NCBI GenBank assembly: GCA_965240325.2
Contig: OZ251244.1
Coordinates: 806,001 to 870,000, forward strand
Length of the DNA: 64,000 bases
From: Rebecca billardiae RCC1528
Taxonomy: Eukaryota > Protista > Haptophyta
Direction of reading: 5' to 3'
In this document: in pieces, positions 1 to 10,944 of the stretch
Numbering within the stretch: the stretch's first letter is position 1
How the letters are laid out: each line of letters opens with the position of its first letter
Notes under the pieces: generated by a model
The model's input: the letters and a program-made list of their open reading frames with translations, nothing else
What the model was told of the DNA's origin: nothing
Database searches by the model: none
Made by a program: the position numbers and the translations under genes

Positions 1-420
1 CAGCGAGAGCGAGCGCACGGCGCCGTGTGCGCTCGCCGCGCGCGCGAGCAGCTGCGCAGAGCCGGCGCTGAGGCGGGAGCACGCGTCGAGACGGAGGGCG
101 AGCTCGAGCGGCGGTGCGCCCGGGTGAGCGGTTCCAGGATGCCGGCGCAGGAGCCGCACGAGCTGCGCGCTCGTCGCGTCGTCGAGCGTGGTGCAGCCGG
201 AGAGGTCGAGCAGCGCCGTCCGCGCGTCGACGCAGAATGGCGACGTCGCGTCGACCGCGCGCGCCCACGCGCGGCAGACCCGGCGGCATCGGCCTGCGCG
301 GGCGGCGGGCATGAACCTCGACGAGAGGATGTGCGCGAGCACGTCGTCGTTCAGCGCGGGCTGGATGGTGGCAGGCTCCTCCTCCTCCACCTCGCCACGA
401 CCACTACCATCGTTCGCCAT
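1..420 (-). CDS. F-box (probably F-box/LRR) protein, 5' part; runs off the window start
   Basis: Manual minus-strand translation from ATG at 420: MANDGSGRGEVEEEEPATIQPALNDDVLAHILSSRFMPAARAGRCRRVCRAWARAV, an F-box pattern (L..D.L.HI......RVCR.W), followed by LRR-like LDLSGCTTL and LRLDACSRLS. Not in the ORF track because it is truncated. Confidence 0.75.
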   Translation of the reverse strand, partial: MANDGSGRGEVEEEEPATIQPALNDDVLAHILSSRFMPAARAGRCRRVCRAWARAVDATSPFCVDARTALLDLSGCTTLDDATSAQLVRLLRRHPGTAHPGAPPLELALRLDACSRLSAGSAQLLARAASAHGAVRSLSL

Positions 421-568
421 CGCTGTCCGCTCCCGGACCAAAAGGTCAAGCCGTCAAGCCTGGGAAGCAGCGGTCCGGCTCGTCCCCGCTCGGCGCTCGC
501 AAGGCCCGGCGTGCTAAGAGGCTGCTCTGCTCGCTGCTTGAAGGCCGTAGCGGGCGCGCGCCGCGGCC

Positions 569-3500
569 ATGGCAGCCGAGGAGAACGACTCGGAGCTGCT
601 GCCCATCGCCATCCTGATCGATGAGCTCAAGAACGAGGACATCCAGCTGCGCCTCAACTCGATCCGCCGGCTATCCACCATCGCGACCGCGCTCGGCGCC
701 GAGCGCACGCGGTGTGAGCTCGTGCCATTCCTGAACGGTGCGCGCCGCGCAGGGGCGGGCGCGCGTGCGCGGCAGGGGGGACGGGCCGGCGTCGGGCGCG
801 CACGCGCGCCCTCGTCTCCCCGCGCGCCGCGCCAGCCGCCGCCGCTCGGCCGTCCCGAGCCTCAGCCGCGCTGCTGCGCACGCCGGCCGGGCGCGCACCG
901 CGCACCGCGCAGAGTCCATTGATGACGAGGACGAGGTGCTGCTGGCGATGGCGGAGGAGCTGGGCAAGTTCGTGCCGTTCGTTGGCGGCGCGGTGTACGC
1001 CTCCTGCCTCATCCCGCCGCTCGAGACGCTGTGCACCGTCGAGGAGACCTCGGTGCGCGAGCGCGCGGTCGAGTCACTCTCCCAAGTGGCGAGCGCACTC
1101 TCGACCGAGCACCTGCTCGCACACTTCGTGCCGCTGGTGAAGCGGCTGGCGACGGCGGACTGGTTCACCTCGCGCATATCCGCCTGCTCGCTCTTCACCG
1201 TCGCATACCCGCGGCTCCACGCCGGCGCGCGCCCCGAGCTGCGCGCGACGTTTAAAGGCCTTTGCCGCGATGACACGCCGATGGTCCGGCGCGCCGCCTC
1301 GTCCGCGCTCGGCAGCTTCGCCGGCGTGCTGGAGACGGACGTGCTCAAATCGGAGCTGATGCCGCTGTTCGTCTCGCTCTCCTCCGACGAGCAGGACTCC
1401 GTGCGCGCGCGCGCGCCGATCGACCTGCGCCGGGCGCGCCGCGCGCGCTCCGGGCGCGCAGGGCGCCGGTCGGCCGCGCGGTCGGCCAGCCGACTGGCAC
1501 CGGGACGGTCGGGCGGCGTGCGTTGGTGGCGCGCGCGGCTCGCGCGCGGGCCGCACGCGCGGCAGCACGCGCGCGCGCTCACGCGCGGCAGCACGCGCCG
1601 CCGCGCAGGTCCGGCTCCTGGCTGTCGAGAACTGCGTCGCGCTGGGCAAGCTGCTGGCGCCCGAGGACGCGCTGGCCGCCGTGCTGCCGGCGACGCGCTC
1701 GGCCGCGGCGGACAAGTCGTGGCGGGTGCGGTACGTCGTGGCGGAGCAGTTCGTCGAGCTGTGCGAGGCGCTCGGGCCCGCTGTGCTGCAGGTGCTGCGC
1801 CGCGCAGAGCCGCCCTCCGCCCCGCTCGCCGCGCGCTGCGGCGCCTCGCCGCGCGCCGCGCGGCCGCCGCCTGCGCAAGCCGCCGCCGCCCACGCGCTCT
1901 GTCGGTGCCACACCGCCGGCCTGGTTGCTGGGCGGCCCACTCGCCGCCCCCGTGCTCACACCATCCGCTCCGCGCGCGCCCGGCCGCGCGCGGCGCGCAG
2001 GCTGAGCTGGTGCCTGCGTTCGTCAAGCTGCTGCGCGACCACGAGCCGGAGGTGCGCACAGCCGCCGCGTTGAAGGCGACGGGCGTGGCGGAGCGGATGG
2101 GGGCGGCCGCGGGCGGCGGCGGCGTGGACGGCGGGCGCGGCTCGCAGCAGGTGCAGGAGCTGATCATGCCATGCGTGACGGAGCTGTGTGCGGACGGCTC
2201 GCAGCACGTGCGCGCGGCCGTCGCCTCTGTGATCATGGGCCTCGCGCCTGTGCTGGGCAAGTCGGCCACCATCGAGCAGCTGCTGCCGCTGGTGCTGCAG
2301 CTGCTGCGGGACGAGTACCCCGAGGTGCGGCTCAACGTGATCTCGCGGCTGCACGCGGTGAACGCCGTGATCGGCGTTGAGCTGCTGGCTCAGTCACTGT
2401 TGCCGGCAGTGATTCAGTTGGCGGAGGACAGGCAGTGGAGGGTGCGGCTCGCCATTATCGAGTACGTCCCTCTGCTCGCTCGGCAGGTGTGTGCGCGCGC
2501 GGTGGCGCGCACGCCCCTCTGCGAGCCGCGCGCGCCGCTCGCGCACGGGGCCACGCTCTCGCTGTGCTCCGCGCGCGCGCGCGCTGCGCGGGTGCCAGTG
2601 TCGCGCGCCCACTCACGCCGCCTCGCACGGCCGCGCCCGCCCGCCCGCCCGCGCCACCCCCGGCAGTTGGGTGTCGAGCTCTTCGATGCGGAGCTCTCGA
2701 AGCTCTGCACGTCGTGGCTCACAGACTGCGTGCACACCATCCGCGAGGTGCGCGCCCGCGGCGCAGGGGGCATGGCGAGAGCGCGCGCCCGTGCGTGGCC
2801 CGTGCGCGGCCACCGCAGCCGTCACGCGGCGGAGCGCGGGTGCCGAGCCGCGAGCGCCTCGCCAGCCAGGCGTTGGCCCTGGCTCCGCGGCCGGACGCAC
2901 CCGTGCCTGCGCGGTCGGCGCGGCGGCGCGAAACGGCCCGTCGCGTGCGCCGGCGCGTGCACGCCGCCGCCGCGCTCACTCTCGCCGCGCCGACACGCCC
3001 GCGCGCACCCGCCCGCGCGCCGCGCGCGCCGGCGCCCCCTTCTCCCTCTCTCCCCTCAGGTCGCGATTCTGAACCTGCGCAAATTGATTGACGTGTTCGG
3101 GGCGGAGTGGGCGCAGCGCGCGCTGCTGCCGTCAGTGCTCGAGGGCCGCGCACAAGCCAACTACCTCAAGCGCATGACGGCGCTGCTCACCGCCAAGCTG
3201 CTCGCGGACGCCCTGCCTGTCGATGTGCTCTGCTCAACACTGTGCGCGCGCGCGCGCCTGCCGCGGCCGCGGCTCGGCACGAGCGCGCGCGCACTGCGCC
3301 AGGGCTCGGCCCGCGGCGTGCGCGGCTGACGCCGACGCCGCCTGCCGCCGGCGCCGCGCACGAACCGCTCTCCCCGCTGCCCCTCTCCCCGCCTCGCAGG
3401 CTGCCCCTCGCCTTGGAGCTGGCCAGCGACACCGTACCCAACATCCGCTTCAACGCGGCGAACGCGCTCGCAGTGATGGCCCCCCTGCTCAGTGCGGCCG

Positions 3501-3616
3501 GGCAGGGCGCGCTCGTGCAGTCGCGGCTGAAGCCGGTGCTGCAGACGCTGGTGGGCGACGCGGACGTGGACGTGCAGTTCTACGCCGCACGCGCGCTCGA
3601 GCAGATCGCCGAGTGA
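569..3616 (+). CDS. PPP2R1A: Protein phosphatase 2A scaffold subunit A (PR65, HEAT repeats); 7 exons approx. 569-737, 913-1400, 1609-1791, 2001-2486, 2667-2747, 3060-3241, 3400-3616
   Basis: Hallmark segments [112 protein letters not shown]; GT..AG introns restore the frame. Confidence 0.97.
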
Positions 3617-4153
3617 GCGGCGCCGCCGGTGGGCCCGCCCGTGGCTGGCGCCCTCTCTCCAGGCCATCAGCCGTGGGATAGGATGGGCGATGGCGGCACG
3701 CGCGGGCGCGCAGCAGTGTGCACGCACTCGCTCTGTCTGGGCTCTGGCTAGTTCAGACCCGCCGCTCCTTTTGGGAGGCCGCTCCGTGGGCCCGCGGAGC
3801 AATTTCTTGTTCGTGGGTACCACGAAACGGCTGGGTCTGAACCAGCCAGGTCTGGGCTCTGAGGGCTGCCGCGCGCGGCTGCGTGCACGCGGGCGGCGTC
3901 GCGTCGAAGCGTCACGGCTGGCTGGTCGGCCAGTGACTGCGGGCAGATTGTCGTCGGCTGGACGGATGGCTTGCGACCGCACTGCGGGTTGCGAGCACTG
4001 CGCGGGCAAGCAGTCAAGCACGGACGCGACATGGCACGACCACGAGGTGCCTGCGGCCGCAAGCCGCGTCGGGGCCGGATTTTGTGCGGCGTAGCGGGAG
4101 CCTAGGAGGCGAGCTCGCGCGACTCCGAGTACCGAACGAATACCGCCATGCAC

Positions 4154-6094
4154 TAGCCTGGTCCATCCCGATTTTCGCCAGTGAAAAAGCCTTTTCGGAT
4201 TTTGGGCGCCTGATTTCTCCCGATTTTTCTCGTCGCTCGTCGCGCTCGTCAAAAATCGCCACCGGCCGTCCGACGGCTCGCCGCGACGAAGGTCGGGAAG
4301 GGGCTCGAGAGCCTCGACTGGACGACTGCGCCGCCTGATGTCAGGTGTAGTGCTGGACACATCGTTCGGGTGCCCCGGTGGTGTGCGTGCACACCTTGAG
4401 CGACATGTCTGCGTTGCTTCCGCCGCCCGCGGTCCGTCGCCAGGTCGACTTCTCGCATGACGGCGCGCGTCGAACGCTCACCTGCTGGGTTGCGCGGCGC
4501 CTTCGAGACGGGCCACCTCGGGTAATATGCGGGCGACGCGACGGCTCGTGTGGGCCACCGCCTACCCCTAGCATGTACTCGATGCCACCACCAGCGTTGG
4601 GCGCGCTGCGCATCGCCAACGCTTCATCCGGCCAGTCCCGTCACGTTTGCGCATGGGTCGTCCTGAGCGGCGGCTGTCGATTTGTGCTCCTCGTGGAGCT
4701 GAATGACGGGCTGGTGGCGAGCAGGATGGCTCGCCTTGCGGGGCTGGGTGTGTACAGTCGCAGTGTAGTGGCTGCGGGCTGACTCCCATCGCCTGGGTGC
4801 TGCTTTACCGTCATGGCCTTTGCTGCGAGCACAAGGTCGAGGATCGTACCGCGGTCTGCGAGGCAGAGTCGACGGAGTCGTCGCTTGAAGATGGTTGAGA
4901 GCGCTCATACGTCTTCCTTGGTGTCGTGCGGCTACTCCAGCACGCAAGGCTCGCGCTCTGGCACGTGTTTGGTGTCCATGGGTGGCACATTGTGCCATTC
5001 GGGTGGCTCGGAAGCACGTGCTCGGGTGTCTTTCCCGTTTACGCGCGGTGGGCCAAGTCACCACGCACGGCCAGAGCATGTCATGGCACGCAGAGGGTGC
5101 CCATGAACGATCCCCACCCCGGTGGTGGCCGTAGGCGCACTCGAAGCGGTCGCATCGTCACCCGCGGATCACATCAGTCCGCCGTTGAGGCTGTCGGGCG
5201 AGCAAAGACGTGCGATCTGACCCTTGGACGGGCAGCTAGAATCGCGATTATGCCTCATCTAAGGACGCACATGTCGTTGTTGTAGGCAGTACTGATGCCC
5301 CAAGTGAAAGGGCGGGCGTGGCACGCGACTTGACAGCTTGAATGACTCGATGCACGCCGCCATGGACACGCGATCCGGATCCATTGCGAACCTGCCGTGT
5401 GGCTCACGGCGGCGCGCGTTGTGCCGCAGATTGGCCAGTTGCCACGCAGGAGATGGTCTCCAGACCAGGTCCAGCACCTGACCGACTGCCGCACGCCTGG
5501 CCGGGTGGGAGTCCGGCCCTCTTCTTGTCTGCAGGAGTGCGCGGAAGGCCAGGCGGAGCCTCGTCCGACCACTGCACCCCGAGCGCCGCACTAATCGTGC
5601 AGCCTGGGACAGCTACCCACCTATGGCGAATATGTAACGACATAGTGGCATTTTAATTATACAGGTCCAGAACTCATACTTATGTGGGTACATTTTCCAT
5701 AATATGCGGGTATAAATGGGTATTATAGTCGATCTTGCAGTAGTTGAGTACGGCCACTTGCGCACAGACCACAGCCCATCCTAATGGCCTGTACCAGGGT
5801 TCATGCTCGCCTCGACGTACGCCAATAAGTAAGTTCGTGATGCGTTTGGGCTCATTTCGGCTAAGTACTTACCCACATTCGGACTGACGATTCTCTATGT
5901 GTCCGTAGTTGTCCGCGGCGCGCGCGCGCACGCTCACGACGGGCCACGGATGCGATTTTTAGGCCGAAACTTTTGCTGCGCCCGGGCTGGGCCCATTTGT
6001 TACGCTGTTTCCGGGTGTGAGCGCGTGCCTAGGGGCCCGCGTTCATTTGGCGATAAAATCCCCGAAAGTGCTCCAGTGCGTTTGGACCAGGCTA
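4154..6094. mobile_element. Non-autonomous TIR DNA transposon (element A), 12-bp TIR, 7-bp TSD
   Basis: TAGCCTGGTCCA (4154-4165) and its exact reverse complement TGGACCAGGCTA (6083-6094), flanked by direct repeat CATGCAC (4147-4153 and 6095-6101). Lower GC than genes; no convincing ORF. Confidence 0.8.
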
Positions 6095-6505
6095 CATGCA
6101 CTATGCAGTCCGCGGCCTCCCGCCGGTGGCCTGGCGGGTGTGGTGTGGCCGCGCCTCGCCCGATCGGCCAACTGATCCGCCGATGATCTAGACTCTGCCG
6201 CACGCGTGCGAGTACGTACAGTACTACGTATCAACGTATCATCAATCATGGTCATGGAATATATGGATACTGGTAGTGACGGCCAGTGAGTCAGTGATGA
6301 TACAGTGATGTCAGTGTGTCCAGTGTCTCCCCTTCAATGAGTTCAAGCCTCGACCAACTGAATCTCGCCTGCCTGAGCTGTGTGCGTCTCTTATTCTTAG
6401 TAAACTGTCGTCGTCGTCCACAGCGCGGCGCGGGCTTTCGCGCTCACAACTCGCGCCGCAGGACCAGTGCAGCGGCGTGGAGATAGCCGCACGCTCGTCT
6501 GCTCG

Positions 6506-8323
6506 ATGGGTTCAAGCGCTGCTTCGGCGCTGCTCACCGAGGCGAACGCTCGCGCGTCGAAGCTTGCTCACGCCGAGCTCGACGTCGAGGCGCTGGAGAC
6601 GCTCCTCACCGCGCTGCGCGCTCAGCCCCCGGACAACGAGGCGAGGATCGCGGCGCTCGTCCCGTTCTGCGTTCATAGCGCCGATGTAGACGTGGACGAC
6701 GAGGAGATCATCCAATCGCAGGCTCTGCCTGCGCTAGTGCAGCTCCTCGCGCCTGACCGCACCGCCGAGGTGCAGCTGGCTGCCATGACGGCCATCCTCG
6801 CTCTGTACCTGGGGGGACATTTTGAGGATGAAGTGTTCGCTACGCTCGTCATCGAGTTCGACCTCATCCAGTCGCTGGCATTGCTGCTGGGCTCGGCCGA
6901 GGAGTGCGTGCACGCCCGGGCAGCACGTCTGCTCGGTATTGCCGCATCCTGCTCTCAGGGCCAGGATGACGAGGTCGCTGCGGCGGGCGTCACCATGGCA
7001 CCGCTCATCCCGCTGCTGCGCTCTGCAGACGAGATGGCGCAATGCGATGCAGCACACGCCATCGGCTACTTCGCCGAATCGACCGCGCTGCGGGACGGCC
7101 GCGCTCTGGCCGAAGCCATCCCACTGCTCGTGTCGCTGCTGGGGTCTGCCAACACGCGCGTGCAGCAGGGGGCAGCACATGCCATATGCGAGCTCGCTAT
7201 GAAGCATACGACGTACTACACGGCACTGCTGGATGGGGGCTTCTGCGAGCGCGTGGTGCAGCTGCTGCTGGCCATTCAGCACGGCCCCGAGGAGAAGGGC
7301 TCTGCGAAGGGCTCTGCTCCTTCTCCAGCTCGCGTGGGGCGCTCTGACCACAATACGCTGTTCAGCCCAGTGATGTACCACGCTGGTTCAGTGCTTGAGA
7401 TCATCGTCCGTAGGGATGCGCATCGAGCAGCCATTGCGAACACGCCTGGCCTTGTCGGCGCGCTGCTGCGCATTACGCACGGCCCCGAGGAGGAGAACGC
7501 GGCAAGCTTTGGACATGACTGGGCGCGGGATTTGCTCGAGACCCTGCTGGTCGATGCCACCAAGGACGTGCGCCTCAAGGCGCTCGCATCAGCAGGCGAG
7601 TCGCACGCACAGCTCGCCCACAGCGAGGGTGAGCTGCGCGGTGCGCATGCGCGGCTGCGAGCGAAGCTGTGCTCTCTGGCCGATGCGGTGGGCGAGCCCA
7701 CGCGGCAGCACGACGTGGTGCTGCAGTGCGCGGACGGCACCGAGCTGGGTGCGAGCCGACTGCTGCTCGCGCGGCACTCCGAGTACTACGAGGCGCAGCT
7801 GCGCGGCGGGCTGGCGGAGGGCGGGCAGCGCGAGGTCCGGGCCGACCCGACCTTCTCCTCGGCGGCGCACGAGGCGCTGCTGCGGCAGTTACACTCGGCG
7901 GGGGAGGCGCCGCTGCCGGCTGAGCCTTCGGTGGTGCTCGAGCTGCTGCGTCTGACGAACAAGCTGCAGCCGCCGACGCCGCCAGCGGCAGCAACTGCGG
8001 GCTCGGAGGATGCGCCTGCCGCGCACGCCGAGGCCAACGTGCTGGCGGGCGTGGCGCGCCAGTGCGAGGACGTGCTGCTGGCTGCTCTGGACGTGGACAA
8101 CTGCCTCGACATGCTGCGGCACGCCAAGGCGGCAGGCGGATGCGCTCGCCTGGTTGAGGGCGTGCGCGCGCTGGCGAGGGAGGAAGTCAAGGCGATCGTG
8201 AAGCAGGAGCGCTGGGCCGCTTTCAAGCGCGACGACCCGGCAGAGGCATTCGAGCTGATGGAAATGCTGGCCGTCGATTTTGCGGACCGTGAGCGAGCGT
8301 CCAAGCGGCAGTGCGTGATGTGA
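6506..8323 (+). CDS. Armadillo-repeat + BTB/POZ protein (ARIA/ABAP1-like architecture), intronless
   Basis: ARM-like repeats (ALPALVQLL, AIPLLVSLLGSAN..VQQGAAHAI) and a C-terminal BTB (HDVVLQCADGTELGASRLLLARHSEYYEAQLRGGLAE) with a BACK-like LDVDNCLDML. First ATG at 6506 within ORF 6467-8323. Confidence 0.85.
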   Translation: MGSSAASALLTEANARASKLAHAELDVEALETLLTALRAQPPDNEARIAALVPFCVHSADVDVDDEEIIQSQALPALVQLLAPDRTAEVQLAAMTAILALYLGGHFEDEVFATLVIEFDLIQSLALLLGSAEECVHARAARLLGIAASCSQGQDDEVAAAGVTMAPLIPLLRSADEMAQCDAAHAIGYFAESTALRDGRALAEAIPLLVSLLGSANTRVQQGAAHAICELAMKHTTYYTALLDGGFCERVVQLLLAIQHGPEEKGSAKGSAPSPARVGRSDHNTLFSPVMYHAGSVLEIIVRRDAHRAAIANTPGLVGALLRITHGPEEENAASFGHDWARDLLETLLVDATKDVRLKALASAGESHAQLAHSEGELRGAHARLRAKLCSLADAVGEPTRQHDVVLQCADGTELGASRLLLARHSEYYEAQLRGGLAEGGQREVRADPTFSSAAHEALLRQLHSAGEAPLPAEPSVVLELLRLTNKLQPPTPPAAATAGSEDAPAAHAEANVLAGVARQCEDVLLAALDVDNCLDMLRHAKAAGGCARLVEGVRALAREEVKAIVKQERWAAFKRDDPAEAFELMEMLAVDFADRERASKRQCVM

Positions 8324-9118
8324 AGTGATGACGATGCTAGTCTAGTTAGTCTTCGGAGTGACGATATATACGATACCGTTACGAGTACAGCGTACTCGCG
8401 CAGGCTCAGCTGGCCTCAGCACGGTCAGACAGCCCGAGCGCAGACGGCAGAGCCACTTTAATACATCATGCAGTAACAACCGCCTGCTTTGATATCATTG
8501 ATATTGACAAATATTATTATTGAATTCGCATCGGATGACGATGATGCTGGTCATCCTTTGGCTTTGCCGATATCAACTTATGGCACTTGGCACTACTTAT
8601 AGTTATAGTACTTAATATTTCCAGTGGCCTCATCTGCCTGACGATATCGATCATTTGATGAAGAACAGTGTCAGTGATACAGTTTACGTACTAAGAATAA
8701 GAGACGCACACAGCTCAGGCAGGCGAGATTGACGCCTGCCAAGGCCGCCAACTGTCACCGCCCATGAAGCCGTCGCTGATGGTACGGGTACGGCGCCGTC
8801 GGAAGAATTCGTTCAGCCGCCTCCGCCTGCGAGGCCTGGAGGAGGGCTGCGGCCGCCTCGTGGCGCGCCAGCGCCCGTCGTCCTCGCCCCACCGTCGTCC
8901 ACCAAACGTCGTCGTCCGAACTCTCCGACTGGGCGCCGATGCGACATCGCGCCGACAGGATGTAGCAGTATGGAATGTGGTGCCCCACACTCCTCAGTAG
9001 ACCAGCAACGCCCGGGAGGGCCAACAATCGGCGCTCAGTCGAAGCCGTGCCGGACGACGCTGCCACTGGGTGACGCAATGACGCGCGAAAAGTCGAAAAC
9101 ACGACGATCAGCGATTTG

Positions 9119-10480
9119 ATGATGGCGTCGTCGTCGGCGGCGCGCCGGCTGCACCGCCTGTTCTGCTTCGCGTGCACGTGCGTGTTCACCGTGGCGGGCA
9201 CGCTGGATCTTCGGATCGCACGCTCCGTCCTCGTGCGCTCCGCCGCTGGGCTCGGCGCCACGGCGGCGGGCGTCCGCCTCGGCGTGCCTCTGCTGGTCGG
9301 ACGTCCGCGCTTGCCGCCACCGCGCTCGGGCGCTCCGTTCGCGCACGTTGGTGTGCGGGAGGTGCGCCTCCCACCGACCGGCTGCCGCGCGCGCGTGCTG
9401 TACCCGTGTGCGGCTCCGCCCGCGGGCGCCGTCGAGGCGCCCTACCTCACCGATGGCGCGGATGGCGCCCGCGCCATCGCAGCTCTGTACGGCCTGCGCC
9501 GGCTGCGCGCCGGCTTTGCTCTGAACCAGCTCGCGCGAGCGGGCTCGGGCTGCTTCGCGGACGCGCCGGTGCACGAGAGCGCGTCGTGCCTGCCCGTCCT
9601 CGCGTACTCGCACGGCTTCGGGGGCACGATGGACATCAGCATCGGCCTGCTCCGCCTGGTCGCATGCGAGGGCTGTGTGGTGGTGGCAGTGGAACACACG
9701 GACGGCACGGCTTGCCGCACGCTCGCAGCGGACGGCTCGGAGGTGCCGTTCGCGCCGCGCGTGCTCTCGCGCCCCGCGCAGCTCAAGCGTCGTGCGGACG
9801 AGCTCCTCGCCGCGCTCGCCCCCGACGCGCTCCCCGCTGACATCGCCGCCACAGTCGACGCAGGTGCATCGTTCCTCGGTGGTCATTCGTACGGGGGCGC
9901 GGCCGCGCTGACGGCCGCGACTGCCGGCGGCCGCGCGGCGGCGCGGCTTCGCGGGCTGATCCTGCATGACCCTGCGGTGAGCAACGCGACCGCTGCCCTG
10001 CCCGCCGGCGCGCTGCCGGTGCTCAGCTTCACCAGCGACGAGTTCGACCGCTCCGGCGTGCGTGCGGGCACCACACTGCACGCGGTCGGCGCGCGGCACG
10101 GCAACTTTGTCGACTCGCCCCTCTGGGCGCGGCTGTGGGTGATGCGGGCGATCTCGGGCGTGATCGGCGTTGCTGGCCCCGTGCCGCCCGTGCCGCTGCA
10201 CCGCGCGCTCGCGCGCTCGGCGCACCGCTTCATGCGCGCCCCGCAGGCGGGGTGGCGTGGTCTGGGGCTGAACGTGCTAGCAGACGCCTCCGCGCAGCAG
10301 CCTCCCCCAGCAGCTGCCGCAGGCCCGCAGCTGGCGCAGACAACCCGCCAAGCCAGTCTCAACCCGGCGGTCCTGCCCGTGGCGGGTGCCGTCGATGGTC
10401 CCGCCAGCATGGGGGATGACGACGAGGACGCCGTCGTCTCGCGCGTTACGTTCGAGCTGCGTACCGCCAGCAGCAGCTGA
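9119..10480 (+). CDS. Alpha/beta hydrolase, PAF-acetylhydrolase-like, intronless
   Basis: VGVREV..RVLYP, LPVLAYSHGFGG, VVVAVEHTDGTA, nucleophile GHSYGG, LHDP and GARHGNFVD motifs. Confidence 0.88.
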   Translation: MMASSSAARRLHRLFCFACTCVFTVAGTLDLRIARSVLVRSAAGLGATAAGVRLGVPLLVGRPRLPPPRSGAPFAHVGVREVRLPPTGCRARVLYPCAAPPAGAVEAPYLTDGADGARAIAALYGLRRLRAGFALNQLARAGSGCFADAPVHESASCLPVLAYSHGFGGTMDISIGLLRLVACEGCVVVAVEHTDGTACRTLAADGSEVPFAPRVLSRPAQLKRRADELLAALAPDALPADIAATVDAGASFLGGHSYGGAAALTAATAGGRAAARLRGLILHDPAVSNATAALPAGALPVLSFTSDEFDRSGVRAGTTLHAVGARHGNFVDSPLWARLWVMRAISGVIGVAGPVPPVPLHRALARSAHRFMRAPQAGWRGLGLNVLADASAQQPPPAAAAGPQLAQTTRQASLNPAVLPVAGAVDGPASMGDDDEDAVVSRVTFELRTASSS

Positions 10481-10944
10481 GCTGATACTTCTAAGCTGTC
10501 TGATCGCTGACTGTCACTGAGACTGAGTCACTACTGAGTCGGCGTAACTCCGCGTAATAAGCAGCACTAATAAGCGCTGCGATATCATGATGATGATGCC
10601 TCGGGCTCGGCTGATCGTCACTGATGGCGACATCCGGCGGCCAATGGCAATGAACGGCACGTGTTCGGCAGCAGCCGAGTACGGACCGCGTGACGACAAT
10701 AATATACCGTAGGACGTCGTACGTAGGCGGACGTCGTAGTACGTATCAGTCGTGCCCGGCGATCCGCGCGGTGGCGCCGCTGCAGGATCACTAGACACTA
10801 CGCGGCCTGCTGGTCCGTAGCCTGTCAGAACTGCGTCTGCTGACGACTGCGTCAGCTCGCGGGTCAATATAGCACTTAGCAGTGACGATGCCGAGGCGCG
10901 TAGCGGATGGCGCCGATGACGACGGGCGACGAGCGATCCCGCAC

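Noticed and set aside
5675-5688. 14-bp match CATACTTATGTGGG shared with 22318-22331
   Set aside because: A single short match with no extended similarity; cannot be separated from chance.
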